From NCBI GenBank assembly GCA_013265495.1, contig MU058636.1:2790001-2836248 (forward strand): a stretch of 46,248 bases of DNA. The letters run 5' to 3'. The translations under genes and the position numbers were made by a program. Positions within the stretch are counted from its first letter, which is position 1. Each line of letters starts with the position of its first letter. The notes beneath the pieces were generated by a model, which did not search any database, was not told where the DNA came from, and saw only the letters and a list, made by a program, of their open reading frames with translations. The DNA is from Vicugna vicugna (lineage: Eukaryota). Below are positions 12,201 to 24,032 of this stretch, piece by piece.

Positions 12201-14262
12201 GAATGTACAGCGACCACTTTGGCCATCATCTTGCGTTCTGTCTCTTTAGTCCTCCTGCATGGCAGGCACACGGTCGCCATTGGTGGAAACCACGCTCTCT
12301 AATCAAATAGAATGAGGTCCCGAGGGGCCCTCCGTCTTCCAGCACCAGAGCCCCCACCCATCACATCCCAGAGCCTCTGGTTGCTAGGAAGGGGCGGCCG
12401 AGGAAGTTAGGAGCCTCTGCAAACACCTGCCCATGTGGTGGGCAGCAGAGGGTCAAAGGCACAGCCTAGAAAGGGATGAAGTCAGCCTGGGAGCTCTAGC
12501 AGGGCTGGCTGGCTGCTCTGAGTCGGCACCCAGGATACTGGAGCAGGGACGCAGGGGCAGAAGGGGTGGTGAATCGCCTTGTTATCTGGAAGGGAAAGTC
12601 ATTAAGAAAGCCCTGGAGAGAAAAAAGCATGGCCAGCTCCCTCTGTCTCATCAGATAGGAATACACGTCTGGGATGGGGGCAAATGGGAGTTTAATCTGG
12701 TTTAGTTTAATGAGTAAAGCTGAGACAATGTAAATAACGCACAAGCTCCTTCATTCTAAATGTCAGTCTTCTGTAAGGGAACTGCCGAAGCCCCCATCAT
12801 TGCATTTTGCAAATGGGTACACGAAGCCCACGGCTCTAGTCTTACTTGTCTTAAGAGGGTGGCTTCCCCACCCGTTTGCATTGCTGTAACTCAGCTAAAC
12901 AGGAAGCCGCTGCGGGAATGGAGCCTGGCACAGGGACCAGCTGCTTCTCCGGGTGACTGGGAGTACCTGATGGGCACGTGGGCCGACTCCTCCGTGGCCA
13001 GCTCAGAACTCTGTCCTCCTGGAGGAGGGAGGAGGGTGGTCCAGCAGGGGTTGGGGGGTGGGGGGGCACCCAGGGTTCTAAAAGGAAGAAAAGGAAGCTT
13101 CGCTCAGCTCAAGTTTTCTATGGCTTGATTATGGTTTAGCGCCTTCTGTCTCTTATTTGCATTTGATCTACAATGCAGAAAATGATCTTGTGTTTTCCTT
13201 GAGTCAACTTGTCTGAATCCCTTCAAGTGCCTGCTGAAGACTTGGCGGTCTTCTCAGGCTGAGAGCTCTGACGGGCTGCTTTGAAGTGTGAGCCCATGCT
13301 AGCATCTGGAAAGAAGCTGGGAGCCATGAGGGAGAAGCCGTAGGGATTGATGCTGCTGGGACAAGGAGGAAGATGGCCAAGAGTGCGTGGCCCCTTCCTC
13401 ATAGAAGGAACGTTTTTTAAAAACCGTACATCTGTCTGGAAACCTAAATTACTCAAGAGCAAGGATTACGGTGCCCAAATGTTGGCTCCCTGGTTCTCAC
13501 TGGTTTCCTTCAAAACATCCTGGGCATTCCTCTAACTGCTTATGGCCTTTCAGAGTTAGGGGAACAGTATTTCCTCCCTCAAAGTCCCTCTGAGACGCTG
13601 GGACAGGTAGAGCACACCTTACATCATCCTTAACATCACTGGGTGTGGTACTGCATCACCACCGAAATCAAAGGCCTGCCTCCAACAACCAGAAGGGCGT
13701 GCATTTGACCACAAACCTTGCCAATGAGGGTAGATTCCACCGCCAGAGACACAAGGGACTCTTCTGGAATTAGTCCTTGCATCCATCTCTCTTTTCTGAA
13801 ATCACCCATGGCAATTTGTGTAAGAGCCCAATAAATTAGAGTGATGCTAAGGACCAGTGGAAGGTTTTTCTTTATACTGAGCTGGGTGACATGCCTCCAA
13901 ACAACGTGTGGTACTTGCACCTGCAGACTGTGTGCTGTGGGCGTAAGGGGCGTCACTAGTGGAGCATAGGGAAAAGATATTTCCTTTTCTTTTCTTTTGG
14001 CCAGTGATTTGTTTTTCCTGGAGACTGAAAGACTTTTGGACAAAGATTCTGTTAAAAAAAAAAAAGCTTCAAATAGGATTTGGACAATTAAATCCTGTGG
14101 TCATCAGCCTTCTGCTGAGTGGATTCATAGCTCTCAACTTCAAGTGAAATATTGTTTAATCAAGAATGTCTGGTGAAGAAAAGCGAATCATTGAAAACCA
14201 CATCCATTTTCATGCGGGTGTCCTAATACCGTGAAGTTCATTGTCGATTTTGCCAGTGACGT

Positions 14263-14917
14263 TGTTGCTGGTAGATGTAACAGGTTTCCAGGTTCTTGTC
14301 CCGTCCCAGAAAGAATTCAGAGACAAGACGTAGAGGTTAAGAATGTAAAATGGGGATTTATTAAGGGATGGATAGTACACTGTCAACGGGAGGGCGGGCA
14401 GGCTCAGGGGAGTGGCTGCGCTGAGTTTCTTTGCAAGTTGGTTACATAAAGTGTAAAAATGAACGAGCAGAATATTTATTGGGGAGGGGAGGGTTTGGGA
14501 TGGTATTCCCTGATTTTCATCCCAACTCCACCTTCCCGAGGGGAGAAGGATTTTTGTCCTTATTTAGTCTGGATCAGAAGTGTCATGGCATCAGTGCATG
14601 ATGGGTACTTCTAATCTGCAAGACTAACTTTATTGAAATGAGGGCATAATGAACAAAAGGTTACATTCAGACACTGGAGACTCCTGCCTTTTCCCACCTT
14701 TCTTTGTGGGCCTCCAGGCCGCTCATCACCCCAAAAGGTGTGCCCACTTACCATTCCACAGGTTCCTGCTTTTCTTTCTCTGTCCAGGGACCTCTGGTGC
14801 CTGCATGATGTGTGGATTCCTGCTTTTGGCCTGTGCCCCTCCTTTCTGCCCAATTCCTGCCATTTTCCCTGTGCCCCTCTTTCTCTGCTCATATCTAGCT
14901 ATCTGCCTGCTCTAAAA
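14263..14917 (-). mobile_element. ERV1-type solo LTR (~650 bp)
   Basis: Starts tgttgctgg... with 'aaagaattcagagacaag...tttattaa' (AATAAA on minus strand) and ends in 'ctatctgcctgctctaaaa', a typical ERV1 LTR terminus. Exact ends uncertain. Confidence 0.65.
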
Positions 14918-15028
14918 ATATTTCCATTTTAGTGGATGAAGGTCTCGTTGACCATAGAAGAGAAAAGTTGGGCAAATTTTCCCCAGTTGGTATCTGGAGT
15001 GTGGGTCTATCCCATTTTAAAACACAAA

Positions 15029-15500
15029 TGTTATGGAAAGCAAGTTCGTGTGCCCCCCACAACGTGAGGCCAAACAAACTGAAACACGAGTCTGGAGCAG
15101 AGAAAGGTTTATGGCAGGGCCGAGCGAGGAGGACGGGGTGGCTCCTGCCCAAGAAAACCCCGAACTCCTCGAAGGGTTTCAGCAAAGCCTATTAAAAGGC
15201 CAGGTGAGGGGGTGGGGGTCCCAGGGTACATGATCAGCTCGCACACAATCCTCTGAGGGGTTGACGTAGAGGTAACAGGGTGGTCAACGCTGTCAATCCC
15301 TGGGCTCCGGGAGGTCTGGGAGCCACATGCTCTCCATCATCAAGTAGTTCATTTCTTCCCTTTGGTGGTGGTTTTAAGCATCTGAAAAGTGGAGGAAATA
15401 GACATGAGATACTGTTATCTGGGTCCTTCAGAGAGGAGCTGCAGCAGAGGACATGGGAGAGGGGGCTGACCCTGGAAGGCCCCGCAGGGTCCTGCTCAGT
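15029..15500 (-). mobile_element. ERV1-type solo LTR, same family as the outer provirus LTRs (28561-28927, 40296-40760)
   Basis: Colinear similarity over the whole length to 40296-40760, e.g. 'gaaaggtttat(g/t)gcagggcc', 'atctgggtccttcagagag', 'cagggtcctgctc'. Confidence 0.85.
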
Positions 15501-15679
15501 GGTGAACACGCCCATGTGTCCCCTTCACAAGTGGGCTTCCGTTCTTGCGAAGAGCTCTTCCTCCTTCCAGGTCAGAGACCAGCCTGTGAATTATCCCCAG
15601 AGAAAGGAGACCCTCCGAGAGGTAGATGTTCTGAACTGGCCCACCCAAGAGCTTCAGAGCCTGGGTGCCTCTGCCGGTT

Positions 15680-15938
15680 CAGTGCCATTTAAGTGTCAGG
15701 TTTTGACACATTAGCCAGTCGTGAAATGAATCTAGTGGTTTGAAACTAGCATTTTGGAAAAAACAAAGTAAAATAGAATAAAAATTTCTAAAGCAAATTT
15801 TTGCAGATAGGAAAGGGAAGTGTCACTTTGTGAAGCTTTGCTTTTGCACGTACAGACGCACGCGCGTGCTTGTGTGTAAAATAACGTACAGTGTTGTTTT
15901 TACAATGAGTCGCTGACAGAGAATTTGGAAAGACGTTG
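15680..15938 (+). mobile_element. MER112-like hAT DNA transposon remnant
   Basis: 'cattagccagtcgtgaaatgaatctagtgg...agcatttt...aatagaata...gtgaagcttt...tgagtcgc'. Family assignment from recall. Confidence 0.5.
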
Positions 15939-16324
15939 TCTGGTTTGCTATCACAGGGAGAGGTGGTTTTGTGCAATTACCCCTGTAAACTTGAAGTTAA
16001 AATAGCCACAGCGACAGTCAAGAGAGTAGGTGTGTAGTGGGGTCGGAGATCAGGGCGGGTGAAAATAAAAAGTCCTGGGCTGGCTACACGACTTGTGGTT
16101 AAGCTCGGGGACGTGTACCTCCAGCCAGAGACACAGTAGCCCCCGGGAGCAACTCCCATAGCCTGGGTGGGGGAGGCCCGCACCGAGCTGGAGGCGAACT
16201 CTCTGTTGAGAAGCAGATGCGGGGAGCACACACAGACCCACCCACTTGTCTGGGGCACTGACCGCTGGTCTTGCCAGGGAGGCAGCGGAGGTGTGTGTGA
16301 GAGAGCTTTGCCTGGGAGTTGGAC

Positions 16325-16490
16325 AGACCTGGGCTGACTGCAGGCTCTGCTGCTTACTAGCCCTTGGGCCAAACATTTCAAACCTCTCTAAGCCTTAGTT
16401 TCCCCATCTGGGAAATGGGCACAACAGTGTTTACTGTATTATATAGCTGTGAGGTTGAGTGGAGTAATCGAGAGCTTAATCAATGTTAGT
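16325..16490 (+). mobile_element. MIR SINE
   Basis: 'aacctctctaagccttagtttccccatctgggaaatggg...gtgaggttgagtggagtaat'. Confidence 0.75.
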
Positions 16491-16951
16491 TCCCTCCAGA
16501 TACCTGTGTACTGTGGCTCCCACCTACCACAGGGGAGCAGAACAGACTGTCTGGTAGGGGGGACCCTCATCTTTTTCTCATAGAGTAGTTGGTGGAAGGG
16601 GGAGGAACGGGGTGGAAGGAAATGGTCCAGAAGAGGCCCAGGGCAGTAAAGAGGTGGCTTAGGCAGACATCCCTCCGCCCCCTGGGAGCTGCTTCCTCCT
16701 GTGTGATCAGCTGAGCTGCGGCAGCGACTTCCACGTGACATCCACCTGACTCCAGGGCTGCCCGCTCACCACCAGATCCTGGATCCTCTGCCTCGGCACA
16801 GGGCTGAGGCTGGCTGTCATCTCATGTCCCTGATGCTTGGGCTACTGACCTTTCCACTCATTGAATTCCGCCTCTGTCCTCCAGGCAGCGAGGGCATTGC
16901 AGTCCTCCGTCCCCCAGCTCTCTGCATAACCAGAGCTGTCATCTCCTGCAG

Positions 16952-17057
16952 GTGGAAGACATCACCGCCAGCCATGAGGCTGCTCTCCTCGAGATGGAAA
17001 ACAGCCACACGGTTGCCATCGCGATCCTGCAGGATGACCACGACCACAAGGTCCAAG
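16952..17057 (+). CDS. MTUS2: MTUS2 coding exon: [35 protein letters not shown](E)
   Basis: ctcctgcag acceptor at 16951 and AAG|gtagct donor. 106 bp, phase 0 to 1, in frame with the neighbouring exons. Confidence 0.93.
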
Positions 17058-17264
17058 GTAGCTACCAGCCCTGATGTGTGTAGCCAGCAGGGGTGGACCA
17101 TGCACGCTGACCCCTTCCTGCAGCTGACACAGGGAGCCCTCCCTTTCCTTCCTTCTCTCTCCTTCCTTCCTCCCTTTCCTTCCTGGGATGTCCTTTGTGT
17201 GGCTTCCTGTGGCAAGAAGAGAGAGAAATCTAGGGTCTAAGTGACCACTCCTTTCCTCTGGCGC

Positions 17265-17423
17265 CAGTACTCTCCACCCTACCTGAATATTGGAATCCCT
17301 GGGGAGCCTTGGTCCCACCCCAGGGCTCTGTGTAGCTGGTCTGGGGTTCAGCCTGGACATCAAAACTTGTTCAAGCTCTTAAATGATCCTAATGGGGAGC
17401 CCGGCTTGAGAATCGCTGCTCTA
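17265..17423. mobile_element. MER5B-like MITE
   Basis: 'ggaatccctggggagcc...ggtctggggttcagcctggacatc...aagctc...gatcctaatggggagcccggcttgagaatcgctg'. Confidence 0.55.
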
Positions 17424-17802
17424 ACATAGGTGTGGAACTCCTGGGCTTTGTCTCGTTTGTGGCCTCCTGATTTCCCCACACGTGTGGTGTCCTCAGGGCC
17501 TGCCAGTCTCTGATTGGGTCTCGGTCTGCACACCTTGCCCTCACAGCCACCGTGGACGTCAGTGGAGTCTCAGGATCTTTTTTTTTAATTTGTATCTTTT
17601 ATTTTTTGTAATTTTGTAGGGTTTTATGTGGGTCATAACAACAGCAATATTTACTAAGTATGAATAAGAGTTTGAATCTGTAAAAGAAACTTTTTATACT
17701 TTAACATGCATTTACATTAACAGATATATAATTTATTTTTCAAGTTCCACTTTCCTCACTTTTGCCCTCCAGTTGGCTGGTTGTTAAAGTATATTAAAAC
17801 AA

Positions 17803-17951
17803 GCGGAAGGGAGAGTCTAGCTCAGTGGTAGAGCGTGTGCCTAGCATGCATGAGGTCCTGGGTTCAATCCTTAGTCCTTCCTTTTAAATAAAGAAATAAA
17901 TAAACCTAATTACTCCCAAAAATAAAATAAAACAAATGTTTTTACAATAAA
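17803..17951 (+). mobile_element. tRNA-Ala-derived SINE (camelid Vic-1-like)
   Basis: Head tagctcagtggtagagcgtgtgcctagcatgcatgaggtcctgggttcaatcc (A and B boxes), then 'aaataaataaacctaattac' shared with the copy at 31635, and an A-rich tail. Flanking atattaaaaca/atattgaaaca TSD. Confidence 0.85.
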
Positions 17952-18237
17952 ATATTGAAACAGTACATTTAACAATACATTAATGCATTTAAAAAATTTG
18001 AGAATTAACATCAGAGTTTTTTTTATAATTTTTTTTAAATGTTCTTTGTAAACATCAAGGTCCACTGTGCCTGTGCCGTAATCAATACTCATGGTATTGC
18101 CCCACCGCACGCACCAGCCCCACCACTTCTGAGATCTGTCAGTACATGAAAAAGGCCAAGCCGGAGGCAAGGGAGAGGAATTCCCTGAGAACTAGTGAAA
18201 TGTGTCACCTGTGTCCTGAGAGCACATCTCACGCTGG

Positions 18238-18416
18238 AGTACTGGTTCCCACCCTTGGCCGCACGTCAGAACCACCTGGGGAATTTTTTTTCAATACTTG
18301 GGGTAGATCTCACTACAAAGGTTCTGATTTAATTGCTCTGGGGTACAGCCTAGGCGTCAGGATTTTTTAAAGCTCCTCAGGTGATTCTAATACGCCGCAG
18401 AATTTGAGAACCACTG
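18238..18416 (+). mobile_element. MER5B-like hAT-Charlie MITE
   Basis: 'cttggccgcacgtcagaaccacctgggga...tctgatttaattgctctgggg...aagctcctcaggtgattctaat...ttgagaaccactg'. Confidence 0.8.
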
Positions 18417-19685
18417 TCTTAGAGCACAGTATTAAGCATAGGACAGAGTGTCATGACCTTAAGATAGTGAAATATGCCATGGGTACGTAGATGAGTCACC
18501 ATGGTTCATGCTGTCTTCAGAACTGATACTGACTTCTCTTGTGAGGTGTTGGGATCACCTAAAAATGCCCAAGAGCCGTCACTGAACTGCAGGAAGACGG
18601 TCTCTGGGATGGGAATATGAATGGAAATGGGACAGTAACAGTGCCTTTTGTTTCTGGATTTTCATATAAAAAGACCTGGTAGATTTTTCTGGTTAATGAA
18701 GTCTCACTTAGATGCCACACCCAGGGCCTGTGAATTATATGCAATGTCAAAATAATGTAAGTGTATATAATGGTAGCTAAAAAATTCATTATTATGGTGC
18801 TCTCAATGACTATTAAAAATACTCATTTAGACAAAGGCAGGTAGACCAGAAGGCCACACTGTTTATGTTAATAGGAATAGACAAGTGTTTTTTTCCTGAC
18901 CATAACTTTCAGCCATAACAACTGGGTTTCTTAGAGACCTTCAGCATCATTAGTTAAAAGGTTGGGTTGATGGAAACCACAAAGTTTTTCCTAATTGCAG
19001 CTCATGCCAGCCAGAAGGGTAATTGCTGGTCTCTAGTAGTCTCCTGTGCTAAGCATATGATCCAGGCTGATTAATGAGACCTTTCCTCCCTCCAGTTATA
19101 ACATGAAAACAAATTGCTTGTGTAGCCAGAATGAGGTGGGCTTCACCCCGCTAATAAGACTGTTCCCATCTGGAGGAAAACAGAATCCATTTGTTTAATA
19201 ACTCTTACATGACATCTCTTTCTGCTTAACTTGCAAATTATTACCAGAATGACACTTTTCACAGAACAGAATTGTCCCAAACTCTCCAGGAGGAACCAGT
19301 CCACTTAGTCTTTCCTTCTGAGTATCTTAGCGTCGACTTTTTGCTCAAGCAAATTCTAGTGTTCTGCGGTTTCCGGAGAGCGGCCCAGAGGCCGCCCAGG
19401 TGACCTTGCAGACACAGCGCTGGGCACATTCACCCGACCGTTCCCCAGCGAGCCCACGCTCCCCTCCTTGGAACCTCGCTGCTTCAGCTCCCGATTGCTG
19501 CTTCCTGGTGGAAAGGAAGAGTGATTCTGGGAAGGGAAGAAAATGGAGATTTCGCATTAATTACCCAGTGGTTTTACCATTAGGAGAAGTTGGGAAATCA
19601 GTGAGTGCTGTGAATGGAGACTGACTTGGCCAGGATGGTGGCGGAGCTGGGTACAGAAGTGAGTGGGAGTGTCTGTGTGCCTGCG

Positions 19686-19790
19686 TGCACGTGCATGTGT
19701 GTGTGTGTGCTTGTGCTCTGCTTCTCTCCTTTCTTCCCTCTCCCCCTCCCTTCCTCCTGTCCCCTTCCTCTTTCTTTCCCTCTCTCTCCT
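19686..19790. repeat. (TG)n followed by a CT-rich low-complexity tract
   Basis: tgtgtgtgtgtgtg then cttctctcctttcttccctctccccctccc... Confidence 0.75.
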
Positions 19791-19954
19791 AAATAACATC
19801 TCACTCCATTTCAAACTAATGGAGACGTCTCTTTAGGCTAAAGAGTGCTGTCTAATGGGCCCCTCATTCGCTGACGTCATTAGTCTTAGCTGGCAAAAGA
19901 AACCTGTTTGGTCGTTTTCAAGGTCATTTTAATAGTTTGATATTTTCTCTCCAG

Positions 19955-20028
19955 AACTGATCTCTACCCATGAGCTTGAAAAGAAAGAATTGGAAGAAAA
20001 TTTTGAAAAGCTGCGGCTGTCCCTCCAG
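19955..20028 (+). CDS. MTUS2: MTUS2 coding exon: (E)LISTHELEKKELEENFEKLRLSLQ
   Basis: ttttctctccag acceptor at 19954 and CAG|gttagt donor. 74 bp, phase 1 to 0. Confidence 0.93.
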
Positions 20029-20074
20029 GTTAGTATTTCCTTAACTGTGACATCAGGAGAACGGCAGCATCCTT

Positions 20075-20200
20075 ATTCCTGTCCACAAACATTTATCCAG
20101 CACCTGCAAAGGACTCGATCCTGTGCCACGCACTGGAGTATGGAGGTCAATAAGACATACGCCTGCCCTTAAGGAATTTACTGTCCACTCAGGGCTGTGA
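20075..20200 (-). mobile_element. L2 3' end fragment
   Basis: 'aacatttatccagcacct...tgtgccacgcactgg...aataagacatacgcctgcccttaaggaatttac'. Confidence 0.55.
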
Positions 20201-21359
20201 CACAAATAGGGACAGACCATCATGGACAATAACACACAGTTGCACAGAATGAATGAAACTGTTCACCAGCACCGCCACGGGAGTTCTGAGCACGGGCTGC
20301 GGTCAGAGGAGTCACTGAGCTGGGGTTGAAGGCGGGGACCTAGGTGGGGGGAGTGGTGTCAGGAGAGTCGTGTGGGGCAGAAGCCATAGGACATGTTCTG
20401 GGAGTGGAAGTCTAATCTAAACTCGAGTCTCCTGGAGGTGGGTGAGAGGTAAAGCTTCTCAGCGTCCCACTGCCAGCCTACCTGCTATCTGAGAACGTGG
20501 TCTCAGATGCCAAGGGCACTGCCTGGCTTCCTTCTGAACTCGAAGGGGAGAGGGACGAGTCTCCCAGATCACGCGCCTTCCCTCCCTCCTGCCTCCCAGA
20601 GACCCCGGCCAGCTGCTTCCGTGAAAAGATGCTGACCACCCCCAGCCCTAGGGAGGGGCTGCTGGGGAAGTGAGGTGGGGGTTGGTGGCCCTGCTTCCCC
20701 TCCCAGACGCAGAGAGGTTCGCTTGTAAATACCAGGGGCACTCGCGTCTGGAAACTGGGGAAGGCGCTTACCCTAAGCCTAATACAAGGAGGGGAATTTT
20801 GCTTCTTTGATGACTCACTGTCCGCAGGCAGCGTTCCCTGCGCAGAGCCTGCGCTGCCCTGAGAGGAATCTAGAGGTGTGGAGTGTCACAACTGTTGAGT
20901 GTACTAGTCAAAAATTTTTAAATGGGAAACCGCTTCCTGCAAGCCCTTCAGTCAGTGGCTCCGTCAGGGGGCCTGCCTCTGCCCGTGTCCTCCTTTTGTG
21001 GCCAGTGCTTGGCAGATTCGCCCCAAACTGCCTTCTTCATGTCCCCGACATCACACGCCATCCAAATACAGCATCCTTAAGGAACACAAACCAGGAAAGG
21101 AACAGCCGTACTGAACTATGATGTAACAGAAACCCCACCCAGTCCAAAACCAAAAGAAGTGAGAGTTCTTTTTCATCTGTGAGTCCTCACTCCGCCACTA
21201 ACATCACACGGACCTGAATTGTGCACATTTTAGTTGTAACTCTCCAGGGGCAGAATCCATTTGAGCTGGAGGTTTTCTGGTGCGGGGAGGATGGACTTGC
21301 TTAAGCCAATCTCCTTTGGCTACTGGCAGCTGGAGAAACAGGTTTGGGCTAAAACAAAA

Positions 21360-21511
21360 TTTGAGTTTTGGTTTAAATCCCCACTGTACCTCCTCTTAAT
21401 AGCTTTGTACTTGTACAGTTACATAAGCTGTAAACCTTAGTTGACTCACTGTCAAATGGGGATGACAGCAGCTCCTTCCTCAACGTGTGAGCAGCTTAGG
21501 GAAATAATATG
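21360..21511 (+). mobile_element. MIR fragment, interrupted by an LTR at 21512
   Basis: 'aaccttagttgactcactgtcaaatggggatgacag...gaaataatatg'. Confidence 0.55.
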
Positions 21512-22002
21512 TGTCAACAAAAAATGAATCAATTGTCAATCTAAGAAAGAAATGAAGAATTTTATTCAAACCAACGTGAGGATCAGGACCCAGGAGACAG
21601 TCTTTCAGAAAGCTCTGAGGGCTGTCCCGCCTCTTAGAGGTCAAAGCACCGTTATATAAGTTTTGAGACAAAGGGTCCATACATCCAAGCAACAGATCGA
21701 CAGTTTACGTACGTAATCCAACAGGGCAAGTCGTGGGGCATCACGACCCCTTACAGGATTGAGAAAGGAAAGGAATGTTATCTCCTAAGGAGTTACCTTG
21801 TGGGAGAAAATTGCTTTTTTTCCTTTTTTTTTTTTTTTTTTTTTGCCAGCAGACCTTCCTGTGTCTTCTCAGGGGATCTTGTTAACGTATAATGCAGACT
21901 TAAAGGGCACACTAAAGAAGTGTAATGGCCCAAATAGGCAGAGAGAGAATTTTATGTTTAAAAATTTTCTTGTCCTGCCTTAAAAATGGTTTTGTTCCAT
22001 CG
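21512..22002 (-). mobile_element. ERV1-type solo LTR with internal poly(T) run
   Basis: Starts tgtcaacaaaa, has tttattc (AATAAA on minus strand), and 'cccaggagacag...gctctg' shared with the solo LTR at 33211. Right end approximate. Confidence 0.7.
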
Positions 22003-22447
22003 CGTGGACGTGTAGAGAGCACCAAGCAGCAGCTGTCGCCATTATAATGGCTTCAGGTGTTGCTAAGCTTATCAGTGTCCTTATTATCCAACCCCGGTTA
22101 ACTCTGAGTGGCCCACGTGAGGCCAGGTCACCAGCTGGGTCTCTGTGCCTCTTAGTTTGACGTTAAAGGAGCCAACCCACGTTGAAAACCAGCGTGTCCT
22201 GTCTGACTGCGGCGGCACCGTCGTGCGCCTGCAGACCCTGATCTTTGAATAATGGTGATTAAAGGAGAAAAACCACAGTGCGATATTTCAGATGCAGCCT
22301 CGGTGGTATTTGCCTGATGAGTTTTTCATTGCTTTGTTTTTAATGGAGGAGAAGAGGCTTGAGGGGTACGCTTGCTCTTGCGATGCTGAGAGGCTTGGTG
22401 TAGGAGTCATGGAGCCCTGCCGTCATTTCTAGAGCCCAGCTCTGGGG

Positions 22448-22465
22448 NNNNNNNNNNNNNNNNNN
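22448..22465. other. Assembly gap (18 N)
   Basis: Run of n. Confidence 1.
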
Positions 22466-23705
22466 AACTGCGGCAGCCACGCATGCGTGCTGGGGCCCAG
22501 CCGGCTGCCCTGGGCCTGATTTACGTGGTTTACATTTGTCAGCTCCGGTGCCTTCGAACTCCCGCTGACACTCTTGCCCTAATGCACCAGCATTTGCATT
22601 TAATGGCACCGTGGGGACTTTTATTTCTTAAAAGTTAAATGGAAGTAACTGGGAAAAACAGAGAGAGAAGGAAAAGGAACCCACCCAGGATGGTTTGCAA
22701 AGCAGGGTTCTCTGATGACAAGAAAGGAGTCACGCCGGCACCGGTCGGTTGCAGTGCTCCCACGCACCGTTCCATCCTTTGCCACGGCCCGCTGCTGACA
22801 CTGGTGGGTTGAGGCCACTTGTCTTGCTAGAAGAGTCCACAGGAAAACCCTAGTCCTTGTTCTAAAGTTACAGAAGTGGTGACGTTGGGGGGAGAACTTC
22901 AAATTCTTGGCACGAGGGAGGCACCATTTCGTCACTGCTCGAGCATCAGGAGAAAGCCCGCCGCCCGGCTCCCCCTGCTGCCCACGGCCATCAGGCAGGG
23001 CTGGGGCCGCCGGAAGAGGGCTCGGTGTGGGGACCTCTGTCCTAGAGGCTGGGGCACCGTGCCTTCTCACGCGCCTTCCTTCTTTCCATCTTCACACACA
23101 GGGCAGCCCCTGGCTGGCAGGCTCTGGGGGCAGGAGTGTCCTTCGAGTCGGGGAGGGGCCTGAACAGGACAGATTCCAACGAGGAGGCAGCTCCATGCAG
23201 GATCTGCCGCCCGGCCCTGACCCCTGCTGCCCAGGGAGGACAGAAGTAGCTGGCAGTGCAGGCACCGCTGAGGGGGAGTGGGATAGTAGGATGGAGTGGG
23301 GGCAGCGAGGACGAGAAAGGCTGATGGGGAGGCTGTGAGGCTGCGTCAGGGTATCACTTCATCTTGAGGACACTGGGTTTTATGCAGGGGGGCAGGTTCA
23401 GCGACTTGCCCGATGCCAGGTGGTGGGAGTGGGATCAGGAGTGTCTGTGGATCCGGGGACATGAAGGAGGCTTAATGGTCAGGACTTGACCATCGACCTG
23501 ATGTCAGTGTGTTTAGTGGTGGGGGGAGGGGCTCGGGCAGAGAGAGGCGTAAAGGTCGGTTTGACAGTTTCTGGCCTGAATAAATGAGGATAGTTCTTCT
23601 GTGAGATGGATTAATTGTGCCTCCTGAAGTGGGGGCCGCTAGCCCCCCTAGGATGGAGATGCCTCTCTGCTGATTGTCTGCCTTTGTAGGGTCAGATGTT
23701 AAATT

Positions 23706-24032
23706 TTTTTAATGGAAATATAGTTGATTTAAAATGTTGTGTTAATTTCCGGTGTACAGCATGGTGATTCAGTTGTACATATATACATTCCTTTCCATGG
23801 TCTTTTTCATTATAAGCTATTACAAGGTATGAAATATAGTTCCCTGTGCTGTACAGTAGGGCCTTGTTGTTCATCTTTTTTATACATAGTAGTGTGTACC
23901 TGAAAATCCCAAACTCCCGATTTATCCCTTCCCACCGCCCTTTCCCAACTGGTAATCATAAATTTGTTTTCTATGTCTGAGTCTGTTCTGTAAGTAAGTT
24001 CATTTGTGTCATTTTATAAGTGACATATCATA
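23706..24032 (-). mobile_element. 5'-truncated artiodactyl-type L1 3' end
   Basis: 'atagttgattt...tgtacagcatggtgattcagtt...aatatagttccctgtgctgtacagtagg...cccaaactcccgatttatccct'. 14-bp TSD tcagatgttaaatt (23692-23705) / tcagatattaaatt (24033-24046). Confidence 0.9.

Noticed and set aside
17808..17880. Functional tRNA-Ala gene (also 31635-31710)
   Set aside because: The acceptor stems are degenerate and both copies continue into a shared SINE tail. The first has a TSD. They are SINEs.
21815..21844. Poly(T) run inside a solo LTR as a separate retro-insertion
   Set aside because: No convincing TSD or body. Simple homopolymer expansion is sufficient.
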